A program made the translations under genes and the position numbers. A DNA stretch of 64,000 bases from Rhizobiales bacterium Ga0077537 (GTDB lineage Bacteria > Pseudomonadota > Alphaproteobacteria > Rhizobiales > Hyphomicrobiaceae), in contig LNEM01000030.1 of assembly GCA_001464955.1 (NCBI GenBank), forward strand, positions 1,070,558 to 1,134,557. The letters run 5' to 3'. This document shows positions 45,706 through 55,483 of the stretch, in pieces (position 1 is the first letter of the stretch; the number at the start of each line of letters is the position of its first letter). The notes under the pieces are model-generated. The model saw only the letters and a program-made list of their open reading frames with translations, was not told the DNA's origin and made no database searches.

Positions 45706-46362
45706 TCAGGTGATCTTCTGGCCGGTCTTCTTCCAGTCAGCGAGGAAGGCTTCGAGGCCCTTGTCGGTCAGCGGATGCTTGACGAGGCTCTTCAGGATGG
45801 CCGGCGGCACCGTCGCCACGTCGGCGCCGATCAGCGCGGCATCCCGGACGTGCCCGACCGTTCGAATGGAGGCCGCGAGGATCTTGGTCCCCAGTGCCGG
45901 ATAGTTGTCGTAGATCGTCCGGATCTCGCGGATGAGGTCCATCCCGTCGAGCCCGATGTCGTCGAGCCGCCCGATGAACGGCGAAACGAACGTGGCGCCG
46001 GCCTTGGCCGCGAGGAGCGCCTGATTGGCCGAGAAACAGAGCGTCACGTTGACCATCGTACCTTCGCCCGAAAGCGTTTTGCACGCCTTGAGCCCATCCC
46101 AGGTCAACGGCACCTTGACGGCCACGTTCTTGGCGATCTTCGCGAGGATACGGCCTTCGGCCAGCATGCCGTCGGCGTCGGTGGCAGCCACTTCGGCGGA
46201 CACCGGTCCCGGCACGATCTCGCAGATCTCCGCGATGATCGTCTTGAAGTCGCGGCCGGCCTTGGCGATCAGGGACGGGTTGGTCGTCACGCCGTCGAGC
46301 AGCCCGAGGCTGGCCAGTTCCTTGATCTCGGCCACTTCGGCCGTGTCGACGAAAAAGTCCAT
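45706..46362 (-). CDS. fsa: fructose-6-phosphate aldolase / short transaldolase (type 3B)
   Basis: [32 protein letters not shown] (Schiff-base Lys) and [10 protein letters not shown]. 218 aa. Confidence 0.9.
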   Translation of the reverse strand: MDFFVDTAEVAEIKELASLGLLDGVTTNPSLIAKAGRDFKTIIAEICEIVPGPVSAEVAATDADGMLAEGRILAKIAKNVAVKVPLTWDGLKACKTLSGEGTMVNVTLCFSANQALLAAKAGATFVSPFIGRLDDIGLDGMDLIREIRTIYDNYPALGTKILAASIRTVGHVRDAALIGADVATVPPAILKSLVKHPLTDKGLEAFLADWKKTGQKIT

Positions 46363-46485
46363 CCGCGTCAGTCCTCCCGGTTTCCGGCGCTCGTTGCCGT
46401 GCCTCGAAACAGGCACATTGCGCTAGAATGAACAGAGGTGTTCCGCAAGCCGATTCGTAGGTCGGACGCCGGAGCGTACGGAGTG

Positions 46486-48720
46486 ATGCAAGGCGTGGAA
46501 GATCTGCTCGCGTTCGATGACCAGGCAACACATCGCGGCCTTCCGACTGCGGTGCCCGTTCTGCTGCCCGTCGCGCTGGACCAGACCTACGACTACATCG
46601 TCCCGCCTGACCTCGTGCTGGAGCCGGGCTGCTTCGTTCTGGTGCCGTTCGGTCCCCAGGTCCGGATCGGCGTCGTCTGGGACCGGACGGTTGGCCAATC
46701 GAAGCCTGTCGACCCGAAGAAGCTGAAATCCATCTCCGATCGCCTCGACGTCCCGCCGCTCCCGATGCAGTCGCTCCGCTTCGCCGAGTGGGTGGCGCGC
46801 TACACGCTCGGGCCGCTCGGCATGGTCGTGCGCATGATGATGAGCGCCCAGTCGGCGTTCGAACCGCCGAAGCCTCGGTTCGGCGTGACGGCGGTTCAGG
46901 GCGCACCCCTCCCGCCGCGCATGACGCCCGAGCGCCAGCGCGCCATCGATATCGCGTCCGACGGTCTCATCCGTTCGAAGTCCTCGCTCGCCGAGGAGGC
47001 CGGATGCACCGCCGGTGTGGTCGATGGGCTGGTCAAGGCCGGCTGCCTCGTCGACGTTGCGATCCCCGAGAAGCGGTTTCCGCTACCGTCCCCGGGACAC
47101 GCGGATGTCGAACTCTCGCCGCATCAGGCGGCAGCCGCCCACGCGCTCCGCTCGGCCATCGACGCTCAGTCGTTCTCGGTCTCCCTGCTCGACGGCGTTA
47201 CCGGCTCTGGCAAGACCGAGGTCTACTATGAGGCCGTCGCCCATGCACTGACAGCCGGTCGTCAGGTCCTGATCATGTTGCCCGAGATCGCGCTGACCAG
47301 CCAGTTCATGAGCCGTTTCAAGGCGCGCTTCGGCGTGCCGCCGGCCGAATGGCACTCGGCCCTGTCGCCGGCCGAACGCGGGCGCACATGGAAAGCCGCA
47401 GCCACCGGAGAAGCCCGCTGCATCGTCGGCGCCCGCTCCGCGCTCTTTCTGCCGTTTCGCGATCTGGGCCTGATCGTCATCGACGAGGAGCACGATCCGG
47501 GGTTCAAGCAGGAGGATCGCGTCCACTATCAGGGCCGCGACATGGCCATCGTCCGCGCGCGCATCGCCGACGCGCCGATCGTGCTCGCATCGGCGACGCC
47601 TTCCATCGAAAGTCATGTCAACGCCCGTACCGGCCGATATCGTCATCTCGTGCTTCCCGGCCGGTACTCCGGCACGGAACTGCCGGCGATCGAAGCGATC
47701 GACTTGCGCCGGGTGCCACCTGAGAAGGGCAAGTGGCTGGCCCCGCCCCTGGTTGCGGCCGTCGAGGAGACGCTGGCCGCGAAGCAGCAAGTGTTGTTGT
47801 TCCTCAACCGTCGCGGTTATGCGCCGCTCACCTTGTGCCGGACGTGCGGCCATCGCATCGAGTGTCCCCAGTGCTCGGCCTGGCTCGTCGAGCATCGCTT
47901 TCGCGGCCGCCTGCATTGCCATCACTGTGGCTTCTCGCTGCCGCTGCCGAAGCACTGCCCGAAATGCGAGGCCGAGGACTCGCTCGTCGCCTGCGGTCCG
48001 GGCGTCGAACGGGTGGCTGAGGAAGTGGCCGAGCGCTGGCCCGAGGCCCGCACGCTGATCCTCTCGTCGGATCTCATTCCGGGCCTCGCCGAGATGCGCG
48101 ACATCATCCGGCGTATCGAGGAGGGCGAGGCGGACATCATCATCGGCACGCAGATCGTCGCCAAGGGCCATCATTTCCCGGATCTCGCCACGGTCGGCAT
48201 CGTCGACGGCGATCTGGGCCTCGCCCAGGGGGCCGATCCGCGCGCCGGCGAACGGACGTTCCAGCTCCTGCATCAGGTGACGGGCCGCGCCGGCCGCATG
48301 GCGACGCGCGGGCGCGGTTTCGTCCAGACGCACATGCCCGACCATCCCGTCATGCAGGCCATCATCGCGAGCGACCGCGAGGCCTTTCTCCATCACGAGA
48401 TCGCCATACGTCAGTCGGGCCTGCTGCCGCCGTTCGGGCGGTTGGTGGCGCTTGTGGTCTCGGCCAAGCACAAGGACAGCGCGGCCGCCTTCGCCCGCGA
48501 GATCGCCCGTCGCGCCCCCGCTGCAGAAGAGATCCAGGTGCTGGGTCCCGCCGAGGCGCCGATCGCTCTCATTCGCGGGCGCTATCGCTGGCGCCTGTTA
48601 CTCAAGGCGTCGCGCGACGCCGATGTGCAAGCCTACATCCGCGAATGGCTGTCACGTCTGCCGGAGGTGAAAGGCGATCTTCGCCTTTCGGTGGATATCG
48701 ACCCCTACAACTTCCTCTGA
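46486..48720 (+). CDS. priA: primosomal protein N' (replication restart helicase PriA)
   Basis: Walker A GVTGSGKTEVY, DEEHD, and Zn-finger region CRTCGHRIECPQCSAWL...CHHCG...CPKC. Start ATG 46486 is preferred (GGAG upstream), and GTG 46438 is possible. Confidence 0.9.
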   Translation: MQGVEDLLAFDDQATHRGLPTAVPVLLPVALDQTYDYIVPPDLVLEPGCFVLVPFGPQVRIGVVWDRTVGQSKPVDPKKLKSISDRLDVPPLPMQSLRFAEWVARYTLGPLGMVVRMMMSAQSAFEPPKPRFGVTAVQGAPLPPRMTPERQRAIDIASDGLIRSKSSLAEEAGCTAGVVDGLVKAGCLVDVAIPEKRFPLPSPGHADVELSPHQAAAAHALRSAIDAQSFSVSLLDGVTGSGKTEVYYEAVAHALTAGRQVLIMLPEIALTSQFMSRFKARFGVPPAEWHSALSPAERGRTWKAAATGEARCIVGARSALFLPFRDLGLIVIDEEHDPGFKQEDRVHYQGRDMAIVRARIADAPIVLASATPSIESHVNARTGRYRHLVLPGRYSGTELPAIEAIDLRRVPPEKGKWLAPPLVAAVEETLAAKQQVLLFLNRRGYAPLTLCRTCGHRIECPQCSAWLVEHRFRGRLHCHHCGFSLPLPKHCPKCEAEDSLVACGPGVERVAEEVAERWPEARTLILSSDLIPGLAEMRDIIRRIEEGEADIIIGTQIVAKGHHFPDLATVGIVDGDLGLAQGADPRAGERTFQLLHQVTGRAGRMATRGRGFVQTHMPDHPVMQAIIASDREAFLHHEIAIRQSGLLPPFGRLVALVVSAKHKDSAAAFAREIARRAPAAEEIQVLGPAEAPIALIRGRYRWRLLLKASRDADVQAYIREWLSRLPEVKGDLRLSVDIDPYNFL

Positions 48721-48736
48721 CGACGCCCGATCACGG

Positions 48737-49567
48737 TCAGCCCTTCTCCGCGCCGCCATCCGAGAACCGCCCGTCCCGCCACGCGAGCGCGGCCTTCAGG
48801 CCTTGCTCCTTTCTGATGCGCTGGAACTCGGCCTTCTCGGCGCTCGGCGTCGCGTTGAGGATCACGTCGATGTCGAGCGACGCCTTGAGCGCGTCCCGCA
48901 TCCCCATGATCTCGTAGGTCCGGTTCATGGCCCGCTTGGTGAAGAACACCGACGGCCCCGCGGCCGCGGCGATGTCGAGCGCCATGCGTCGGCCGGCCGC
49001 CAGCAGCTCGTCCGTCGGCACGACATGATTGACGATGCCGATCGCGTGCGCCCGGGCCGCATCCATCTTGTCGTTGCCGGTGAGCAGCATTTCCTTGGCG
49101 TGCTTCGGCAGCACGGCCCACGGCAGCAGCATGGCGACGATGCCCGTCCCGAATCGTACTTCGGGCTCGCCGAAGCGCGTCCCCTCGGCGGCGATGGTGA
49201 TGTCGCACGCGAGTGCCACCTCGAAGGCACCGGCCATGCAGAAGCCGTGCACCAGCGCGATCGTCGGCTTCGGGCAGTCCCAGAACGCCATGATGAAATC
49301 GAACTGCCGCTCCATCTGCCGGCGCACGTGATCGACCGTCGACATGTCGCGCTCGGACGCGGCCTTCATGTCGAACCCGGCAGAGAACGCCCGCCCCGCG
49401 CCGCGCACGAGCACGCAGCGGACGGCGTCGTCATCCGCCACCTGCTTCAACGCGGCCACGCACTCGTCCATAGCCTCGTTGTGGAAGGCGTTGAGCACCT
49501 CCGGCCGGTTGAACGTCAGTGTGGCGACGGGTCCGTCCCGGTCGAGTTCGATGAAGCTCCAGCTCAC
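48737..49567 (-). CDS. enoyl-CoA hydratase/isomerase family protein
   Basis: GTG 49567 (VSWSFIELDRDGPVATLTFNRPEVLNAF). VLVRGAGRAFSAGFDM and HGFCMAGAFEVALACD are crotonase motifs. Confidence 0.8.
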   Translation of the reverse strand: MSWSFIELDRDGPVATLTFNRPEVLNAFHNEAMDECVAALKQVADDDAVRCVLVRGAGRAFSAGFDMKAASERDMSTVDHVRRQMERQFDFIMAFWDCPKPTIALVHGFCMAGAFEVALACDITIAAEGTRFGEPEVRFGTGIVAMLLPWAVLPKHAKEMLLTGNDKMDAARAHAIGIVNHVVPTDELLAAGRRMALDIAAAAGPSVFFTKRAMNRTYEIMGMRDALKASLDIDVILNATPSAEKAEFQRIRKEQGLKAALAWRDGRFSDGGAEKG

Positions 49568-49578
49568 GGCTCGCCCTC

Positions 49579-50409
49579 TCAGCTCTTCGCGAGGCCGACG
49601 ATGCGCGCCAGCATCGCGCTCTCCGGATTGGCGAGGTCCTCGACGATCGTGAAGTGATTGGTGTCCGGCACGACCACACACTCGGCCTTGACGCCGGCCT
49701 TGCTCCAGGCGGCCGCGATCGCGAGGCTCTGGCGGATGAACTCCTGTGACTCCGCGCCACCGGCCGCCGCAATGAACGTGCGATCCTTGGGCGGCACGGG
49801 CCAGAACAGCGGGCTCGCCTCGCGCGCTTTGGCTGCGTCCAGTTTCAGGGCCTCGTTGAGGCTGGTTGCCACGAGCGGCTCGAGGTCGAACACCCCCGAG
49901 ATCGCATACGCCGATCGCACGAGATCGGCCGGCACACCCGACACTTTCGTCCAATCGGTCGCCAGCATGGTTGCCGCGAGGTGCCCGCCCGCCGAGTGGC
50001 CGACGACGACCGGCCGCTGTTTGGTCTTCTCCCACAGGGCCTTCATGAACTGTCGGAGTTCGCTGACGATCTGCATGATCGAGACCGACGGGCAGAGCGG
50101 GTAGGACGGCAGCGCCACCTGCACGCCCCGGGCGTTGAACTCCTTGGCGAGGAACGAATTGTCCTTCCGGTCGCCGCGTTGCCAGTAGCCGCCGTGAATG
50201 TAGACGACGAGTGGAGCTGAGCTGGCCCCGTTGCCGGCCTTGAACAGATCGTACTTGTTGCGCGGGCCACTCCCATACGCGATGTCGTTCTCGACTTTAG
50301 CCGAGGCTCGATAGGCCTCTGACGCCTTCATCCAGCGTCCCTGGATCTCGGGGTGCTCGGGCACGCGCTTTCTATTGTTGTATTCGGTTTCGAGGTCGAG
50401 CGCGGCCAT
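49579..50409 (-). CDS. alpha/beta hydrolase (esterase / arylformamidase-like)
   Basis: HGGYW oxyanion motif and GHSAGG nucleophile elbow. Trimmed to ATG 50409 (MAALDLETEYNNR). Confidence 0.75.
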   Translation of the reverse strand: MAALDLETEYNNRKRVPEHPEIQGRWMKASEAYRASAKVENDIAYGSGPRNKYDLFKAGNGASSAPLVVYIHGGYWQRGDRKDNSFLAKEFNARGVQVALPSYPLCPSVSIMQIVSELRQFMKALWEKTKQRPVVVGHSAGGHLAATMLATDWTKVSGVPADLVRSAYAISGVFDLEPLVATSLNEALKLDAAKAREASPLFWPVPPKDRTFIAAAGGAESQEFIRQSLAIAAAWSKAGVKAECVVVPDTNHFTIVEDLANPESAMLARIVGLAKS

Positions 50410-50492
50410 GGCGGGTCCTGATTGTCGTGATGTGTCGGGCGTCTTGGGAGAAATCCGCGGGCAGGATGCCCGCGGACATGGGTTCGCGTGGC

Positions 50493-50819
50493 TCAGGGAT
50501 GCGGACCCCACGGCGCTTCCGTCATCAGCTTCACTTCCTGGCTCATGACGAGCGGCCGGAACTTCGAGGCGAAGCCTTCGACGAAATCCTTGTTCGCGAA
50601 CACGGCCGCCCAGTGCGCGCGCCGGTCGGCGTCGTCCTTGAACTTCCAGATGTGGACGAGCTGATTGATCATGCCCGTATCGGCCACGAAGTAGCCGACG
50701 AGGTTCTGGTCGTGCCCGCCCTTCTTGAGGGCCGGGAAGCCGAGCTCGACATAGAGCTTCTGCGCTTCACCCATCTTGCCGACATAGAGCGTGTAGGTGC
50801 GCATTTCGTAGAGAGCCAT
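50493..50819 (-). CDS. NIPSNAP family protein
   Basis: MALYEMRTYTL...QLVHIWKFKDDADRRAHW is the typical NIPSNAP pattern. 108 aa. Confidence 0.8.
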   Translation of the reverse strand: MALYEMRTYTLYVGKMGEAQKLYVELGFPALKKGGHDQNLVGYFVADTGMINQLVHIWKFKDDADRRAHWAAVFANKDFVEGFASKFRPLVMSQEVKLMTEAPWGPHP

Positions 50820-50885
50820 GGACGTTTCCTTTTGTTCTGGAGGTGCCATTGAGGCATTGGCCGCGGGGGGACGCAAGCCGTGCGG

Positions 50886-52037
50886 TCAGCTTCGCTCGCG
50901 GTAGAGCACGCGGCCTTCGAAGAGACGCCGTGCGGTGCGGTAGACGGCGGCGTACTCGGCGCGCGGCTCATCGGCGCCGTCAGTCACACGCGCGTCGACC
51001 ACGATAGTACCCGAGGGATGCCCGATGCGTATGGCGGAGTGCTCGCGCCGGAGCCCGCGCGCCATCTCGGCCGGGATGGAGCCGGCGAGCCGCGTCGCGA
51101 CCGCGAGGCAGAGCGCGCCCGTCAGCGGCGTCGCCCGATGCGGCTGGCCGTTGGAGATCACCCGCACGGCGATGTCCATGTCGGCAGCCGTGAGGTCCCG
51201 GCCCGACAGCGTCGTCATGGCGCGCGGCCCGGCGACGAACGCGATGCCGGGCGCGCTCGAGTTCTGCGCCTCCTCCGGGCTGGCGGCGATCCCCATGGCG
51301 ACGGCGGCCTGCCGCCGGATCGCCTCGAGCTTGCCCATCAACCCGGCGTTGCCTTCGATCTCGGAGGGTGTCTCCGTGGCCGTGACGCCGAGCGCCTCCG
51401 CCATGACGTAGGCGACCGGATTGGCGGCGTCGACAAGGCTGGCCGCGATCTTCCCCACCCCCGGAACGTCGAGCATGTCCACGGCCCGGCCTGTCGGGAG
51501 GAGGCTCCCCGTCCGCGCGCCGCCGGGCTCCAGGAACTCGAGCCGGATCGGCGCGCCGCTGCCGCCGACGCCGTCGAGCGTCATGTCGCCCTCGACGGCC
51601 GCTTCGCCATCCTGGACCTGGAACCGGCTGACGATGATCTTGCCAGTGTTCGTGTTGTGAATGCGGACCATGGCGTCCGGCCCGGCGGGCATGGCCACGA
51701 TGCCCTCGTCGACCGCGAACGGTCCGACCGCCGACGACATGTTCCCGCAGTTGCTGGTGTAGTCGACATGCGCTCGGTCGATCCGCACTTGCGCGAACGT
51801 GTAGTCGACGTCGGCGTCCGCGCGGGTCGACGGCCCGATTATGCACACCTTGGAGAGCGACGAGACCCCACCGCCCATGCCGTCGAGCTGCCGCATGTTC
51901 GGATCCGGCGAGCCCATGAAATCGAGGAAGATAGGAGCCCACCGCGCGCGGTCATCGGGCAGATCGCGCGCGTGCAGCATGACGGCCTTCGACGTCCCGC
52001 CACGCATGAAAACGGCAGGCAGCTTCTTCTGGGGCAT
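50886..52037 (-). CDS. PrpF/AcnD-accessory family isomerase (2-methylaconitate isomerase-like)
   Basis: LPAVFMRGGTSKAVM, MGSPDPNMRQLDGMGGGVSSLSKV and SNCGNMSSAVGPFA are hallmark PrpF motifs. Confidence 0.85.
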   Translation of the reverse strand: MPQKKLPAVFMRGGTSKAVMLHARDLPDDRARWAPIFLDFMGSPDPNMRQLDGMGGGVSSLSKVCIIGPSTRADADVDYTFAQVRIDRAHVDYTSNCGNMSSAVGPFAVDEGIVAMPAGPDAMVRIHNTNTGKIIVSRFQVQDGEAAVEGDMTLDGVGGSGAPIRLEFLEPGGARTGSLLPTGRAVDMLDVPGVGKIAASLVDAANPVAYVMAEALGVTATETPSEIEGNAGLMGKLEAIRRQAAVAMGIAASPEEAQNSSAPGIAFVAGPRAMTTLSGRDLTAADMDIAVRVISNGQPHRATPLTGALCLAVATRLAGSIPAEMARGLRREHSAIRIGHPSGTIVVDARVTDGADEPRAEYAAVYRTARRLFEGRVLYRERS

Positions 52038-52081
52038 GGTGGACGTCCTTCTGGAGAAGCGCAGTCAGCCGGCTCAGGGTC

Positions 52082-53563
52082 TCAGGTCGAGGAGTGCCGG
52101 GCGCGGTCGGCGGCCATGGCGCCCGCGATGCGGCCGAACACGGCGCCGCGCAGCACGCTCGTCGCTCCCGTGTAGGTGCCCCAGTAGAGGCCGATCGTTT
52201 CGCCGGCTGCATAGAGGCCGGGAATGGGGTCGCCATCGCGATCGAGCACGTGTGCCTCGGGATCGACCTTGATTCCGCCGAATGTGAAGCAGTTGCCGCA
52301 GATGATCGGGAACGCACGAAACGGGCCGCGCTCGAGCGGGAACGCCCAGTTCGACTTGCGCGGGGCGTAGCCACGACGCGTCGCGATCCCGTCGGGTTTC
52401 TCGGGGCTGAACGCAGCGGATTCCGGGCACGCGGCGTTGTAGGCGTCGAGCGTCTCTGCAAGCGCGTCGCCAGGAACGCCGATGGCGGCCGCGAGGGCCT
52501 CGATCGTCGGTGCCTCGACCGGCGGCTGATCGGATCGAACCGCGCGCCGCCAGTTGGGGATCTGCATGAGGCGGTCGTCGAGGATGAGCCAGGCCAGTCC
52601 GTCGGGTTGCTCGCCGATGACGCGGGTGACGGCCTCGTAGGTGGCGTCGGCGGAGGACGGGGCTTCGTCCGTGAAGCGGCGGCCGTTCACGTCGACCAGC
52701 ACGCCATAGTTGAAGATCATCACCACCGGTTCGGGCGCTCCCGACCTTGGGTCGAGCGGCTCGGCGTGAAACCGCGAATAGTCTCCGGCAGGCGCGGCCC
52801 CCGCGGCGAGCGCCATCTCGATGCCCTCGCCCTTGTTGTGATACCCGCCCCGCGCCACGGGCCGGATGTAGCGGGCTTGCGGGCCCACGTAGCGTGCCAG
52901 CATCTCGGGATTGCCCTCGAACCCGCCGCACGCGAGCACCACCGACGGCGCCCGGAGCACGACCCGCCGATGCCCCGCGGCGACCGCCTCCACCCCGACG
53001 ACACGCCCGTCCTCGCCCTTGATCAACCCCCGCGCGGTCGTCCGGTAGAACGTCTCGATCCCGTTGCTATCGGCGAAGGCTCCGAGCGCCTCGATCATGG
53101 CGAGGCCGCCGCCGACCGTGCCAAGCCGCGTCGTGGACGTCGTGATGAAATAGAGCGCGAGCGGCTCGAAGCGGAGCCCGAACCCCTTGAGCCACGCGAT
53201 CGCGTCCGGCGCCGCGTCGGCGAACGTGGCGATGAGATCGGGATCGGTGAAACCGAAGGCCTTTGAGATCGGTGACCGGCTGGAGAAGTCGCCGCTCGTC
53301 TCGGCCACGATCGAGGGATCAAGATGATGGCCCGCGTGCCGCGCGAAATGATCGACGAAGTCATCGGCTACTTCGGTCTCGCTCTTGAGGCGCAGGAACG
53401 CCTCCGTCCAGCGCGTATTGCCGCCGCGATCTTCGAGGGGCGATCGCTCGAGAATGGCGACTTTTGCGCCTGCCTGATGCGCGGTGATGGCCGCGGAAAG
53501 GCCTGCGATCCCACTGCCGACGACGACCACGTCGAACGAGTGCTCGGTCAAGCTTGATGTCAT
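52082..53563 (-). CDS. FAD-dependent oxidoreductase, TcuA (tricarballylate dehydrogenase)-like / fumarate-reductase flavoprotein family
   Basis: FDVVVVGSGIAGLSAA, ERSPLEDRGGNTRWT, and C-terminal IPGLYAAGE. Confidence 0.7.
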   Translation of the reverse strand: MTSSLTEHSFDVVVVGSGIAGLSAAITAHQAGAKVAILERSPLEDRGGNTRWTEAFLRLKSETEVADDFVDHFARHAGHHLDPSIVAETSGDFSSRSPISKAFGFTDPDLIATFADAAPDAIAWLKGFGLRFEPLALYFITTSTTRLGTVGGGLAMIEALGAFADSNGIETFYRTTARGLIKGEDGRVVGVEAVAAGHRRVVLRAPSVVLACGGFEGNPEMLARYVGPQARYIRPVARGGYHNKGEGIEMALAAGAAPAGDYSRFHAEPLDPRSGAPEPVVMIFNYGVLVDVNGRRFTDEAPSSADATYEAVTRVIGEQPDGLAWLILDDRLMQIPNWRRAVRSDQPPVEAPTIEALAAAIGVPGDALAETLDAYNAACPESAAFSPEKPDGIATRRGYAPRKSNWAFPLERGPFRAFPIICGNCFTFGGIKVDPEAHVLDRDGDPIPGLYAAGETIGLYWGTYTGATSVLRGAVFGRIAGAMAADRARHSST

Positions 53564-53617
53564 GTGGGCCTCGGTTGGGGCGAAAGCTGGGTTGGAAATG
53601 GCGCGGCCGGGCGGCGC

Positions 53618-54445
53618 CTACTCGAGATTGAAGCCGCGGCGGCGGACGTAGGCTCCGAAATCGGCGCGCTCGGGAACCGCGTAATGGCGCGCCTTTTCCT
53701 CGCTCCAGCCGTACGTCTCCGCCATCCCGAACCGCGCGATGTTGCGCTGGGCGCGATAGGGAAAGATCGTGTTCCGTCGCTTGTCGTAGCCGCTGACCGC
53801 GTCTTCGGTCGCCTCGGTGTAGCGGTCGCGATGCACGGTCAGCCCGAGCGGCAACCTCGCCGAGACGAAATGCGCCCCGGCGGGAATGCCGACACCGAGC
53901 CCCGCCACCGGGAAGACGTGGTCGGGGAGACCCAGCAGTCCGCTCACCTCTTCGGCGTGATTGCGGATGACGCTGATCGGGCAGCATCCGAGTCCGGCCG
54001 CTTCGGCAGCGACGACGAAGGCCGATAGCGCGATCGCGGCGTCCACGCTGGCGTTGAAGAACGCGTCCAGATGGTCGTTGGCGAAAGCGTGCCCGCGCCA
54101 ATGGTGCACCTGTCGCTGCCTGCGGTTATTGCCGAGGAAGACGAGAATGTGCGGGCAACCCGCGATCCAGTCCTGATCCTTCAGGAGGTCGTTGATGCGC
54201 GAGCGGATGCCGGCGTCCTCGACGATCAGGATGTCGCGCTGCTGGAGATCGCTTTTCGAGGGCGAGGACAGCGCCACGGCCGTCAGCGTCTCGAGCACCC
54301 CTGGCGCCAGCGGCTCTGGTTTGAACCGCCGCACGACTCCCCGGCCGGCGATGGTCCGCAGCGCGTCGTTGTCCGCGAGTGCGTCGGGGATGGCGAACGC
54401 GGCGTCGCCGAAGCGGAGATCGAGCAGATCCTTGAGCGCTGTCAT
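53618..54445 (-). CDS. nitroreductase family protein
   Basis: Trimmed to ATG 54445 ([13 protein letters not shown]). RRFKPEPL, SSPSKSDLQQ and AAEAAGLGCCPIS are nitroreductase-like. 4-nt overlap with the UDG gene. Confidence 0.7.
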   Translation of the reverse strand: MTALKDLLDLRFGDAAFAIPDALADNDALRTIAGRGVVRRFKPEPLAPGVLETLTAVALSSPSKSDLQQRDILIVEDAGIRSRINDLLKDQDWIAGCPHILVFLGNNRRQRQVHHWRGHAFANDHLDAFFNASVDAAIALSAFVVAAEAAGLGCCPISVIRNHAEEVSGLLGLPDHVFPVAGLGVGIPAGAHFVSARLPLGLTVHRDRYTEATEDAVSGYDKRRNTIFPYRAQRNIARFGMAETYGWSEEKARHYAVPERADFGAYVRRRGFNLE

Positions 54446-55347
54446 GGGCTGGGGCTTCCGGTCTGGCCGTCGAGCGCGGCCTTCAGTTGCAGGAGATCGC
54501 GCCAAGCTTGCCGCTTCGCCTCAGGCTGACGCAAGAGATAGGCCGGATGCAGCGTCGGCATCACCCGGACTGAATGCGACCCGATCCGCACCTCCCGCCA
54601 TCGGCCCCGGAGTTTCAGGATGCCGTCGTTGACGTCGAGGATCGCTTTCGCGGCCGGCCCGCCGAGCGTCAGGATGAACTCCGGCGCGACCAGCTCCAGC
54701 TGCCGCTCGAGGAAGGGTCGGCAGGCTTGAGCCTCTTCAGGCGTCGGCGTGCGATTGCCCGGCGGACGCCAGTAGACGATGTTCGTGATGTGTACGTCGC
54801 TCTCGGCGAGCCCGATCGCCGCCAGCATGCGGTCGAGCAATTGCCCGGCCCGGCCGACGAAGGGTTTCCCCGCCAGATCCTCCTCGCGCCCGGGCGCCTC
54901 ACCGATGACGGCGACGCGCGCTGTCTCGCTGCCACGATAGAAGCAGAGGCTCTTGGCGGTGACCTTGAGTGGGCAGCCGTCGAATGACTGGAGCAACTCC
55001 TGCAGCCGGACGAGCGTCTCCGCCGATCGAGCGGCATTGCGGGCGGATGCAACTTGCGTCGGCGCGCGGCGCGTTGGTTGGGGGTCGCGACCGGCTGGCG
55101 GCGCTGGCGCTGCCGGCCCTCTGATGTGGGGCGCCCTCTCGGCAGCCGGGGCCTGGGTGCCGGTGGTGACGCGCGCGCCCTCGGGCGCCGAAGTGGATTT
55201 CTCCGGCCAGTCGAAGGCCGCGCCCGGCGCCCGCCCCGGTTCGGCCGTCCAGTCCAATGGGACTTCGTCGAGCGCATCGCTGACGCCCGCTTCCCGCCAC
55301 CACGCGAGCAGCGCCAGCATGCCGTCTCTGTCTGTCACGTCTGCCAT
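54442..55347 (-). CDS. uracil-DNA glycosylase, family 4, with N-terminal extension
   Basis: [44 protein letters not shown] and HPAYLLRQP are family-4 UDG motifs. Confidence 0.85.
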   Translation of the reverse strand: MADVTDRDGMLALLAWWREAGVSDALDEVPLDWTAEPGRAPGAAFDWPEKSTSAPEGARVTTGTQAPAAERAPHIRGPAAPAPPAGRDPQPTRRAPTQVASARNAARSAETLVRLQELLQSFDGCPLKVTAKSLCFYRGSETARVAVIGEAPGREEDLAGKPFVGRAGQLLDRMLAAIGLAESDVHITNIVYWRPPGNRTPTPEEAQACRPFLERQLELVAPEFILTLGGPAAKAILDVNDGILKLRGRWREVRIGSHSVRVMPTLHPAYLLRQPEAKRQAWRDLLQLKAALDGQTGSPSP

Positions 55348-55483
55348 CGGCGCCGATCATACCGGCCGTCGCCGGGAACGCCAGCCATGCTCGCCAGCAG
55401 CCTCGCGCCGACGAAGCTTGACGATCGGGGCGGCCCCGACCTATCGAACGACGAACAGGTCATGGGCTGGAGCTGGATCGGGT

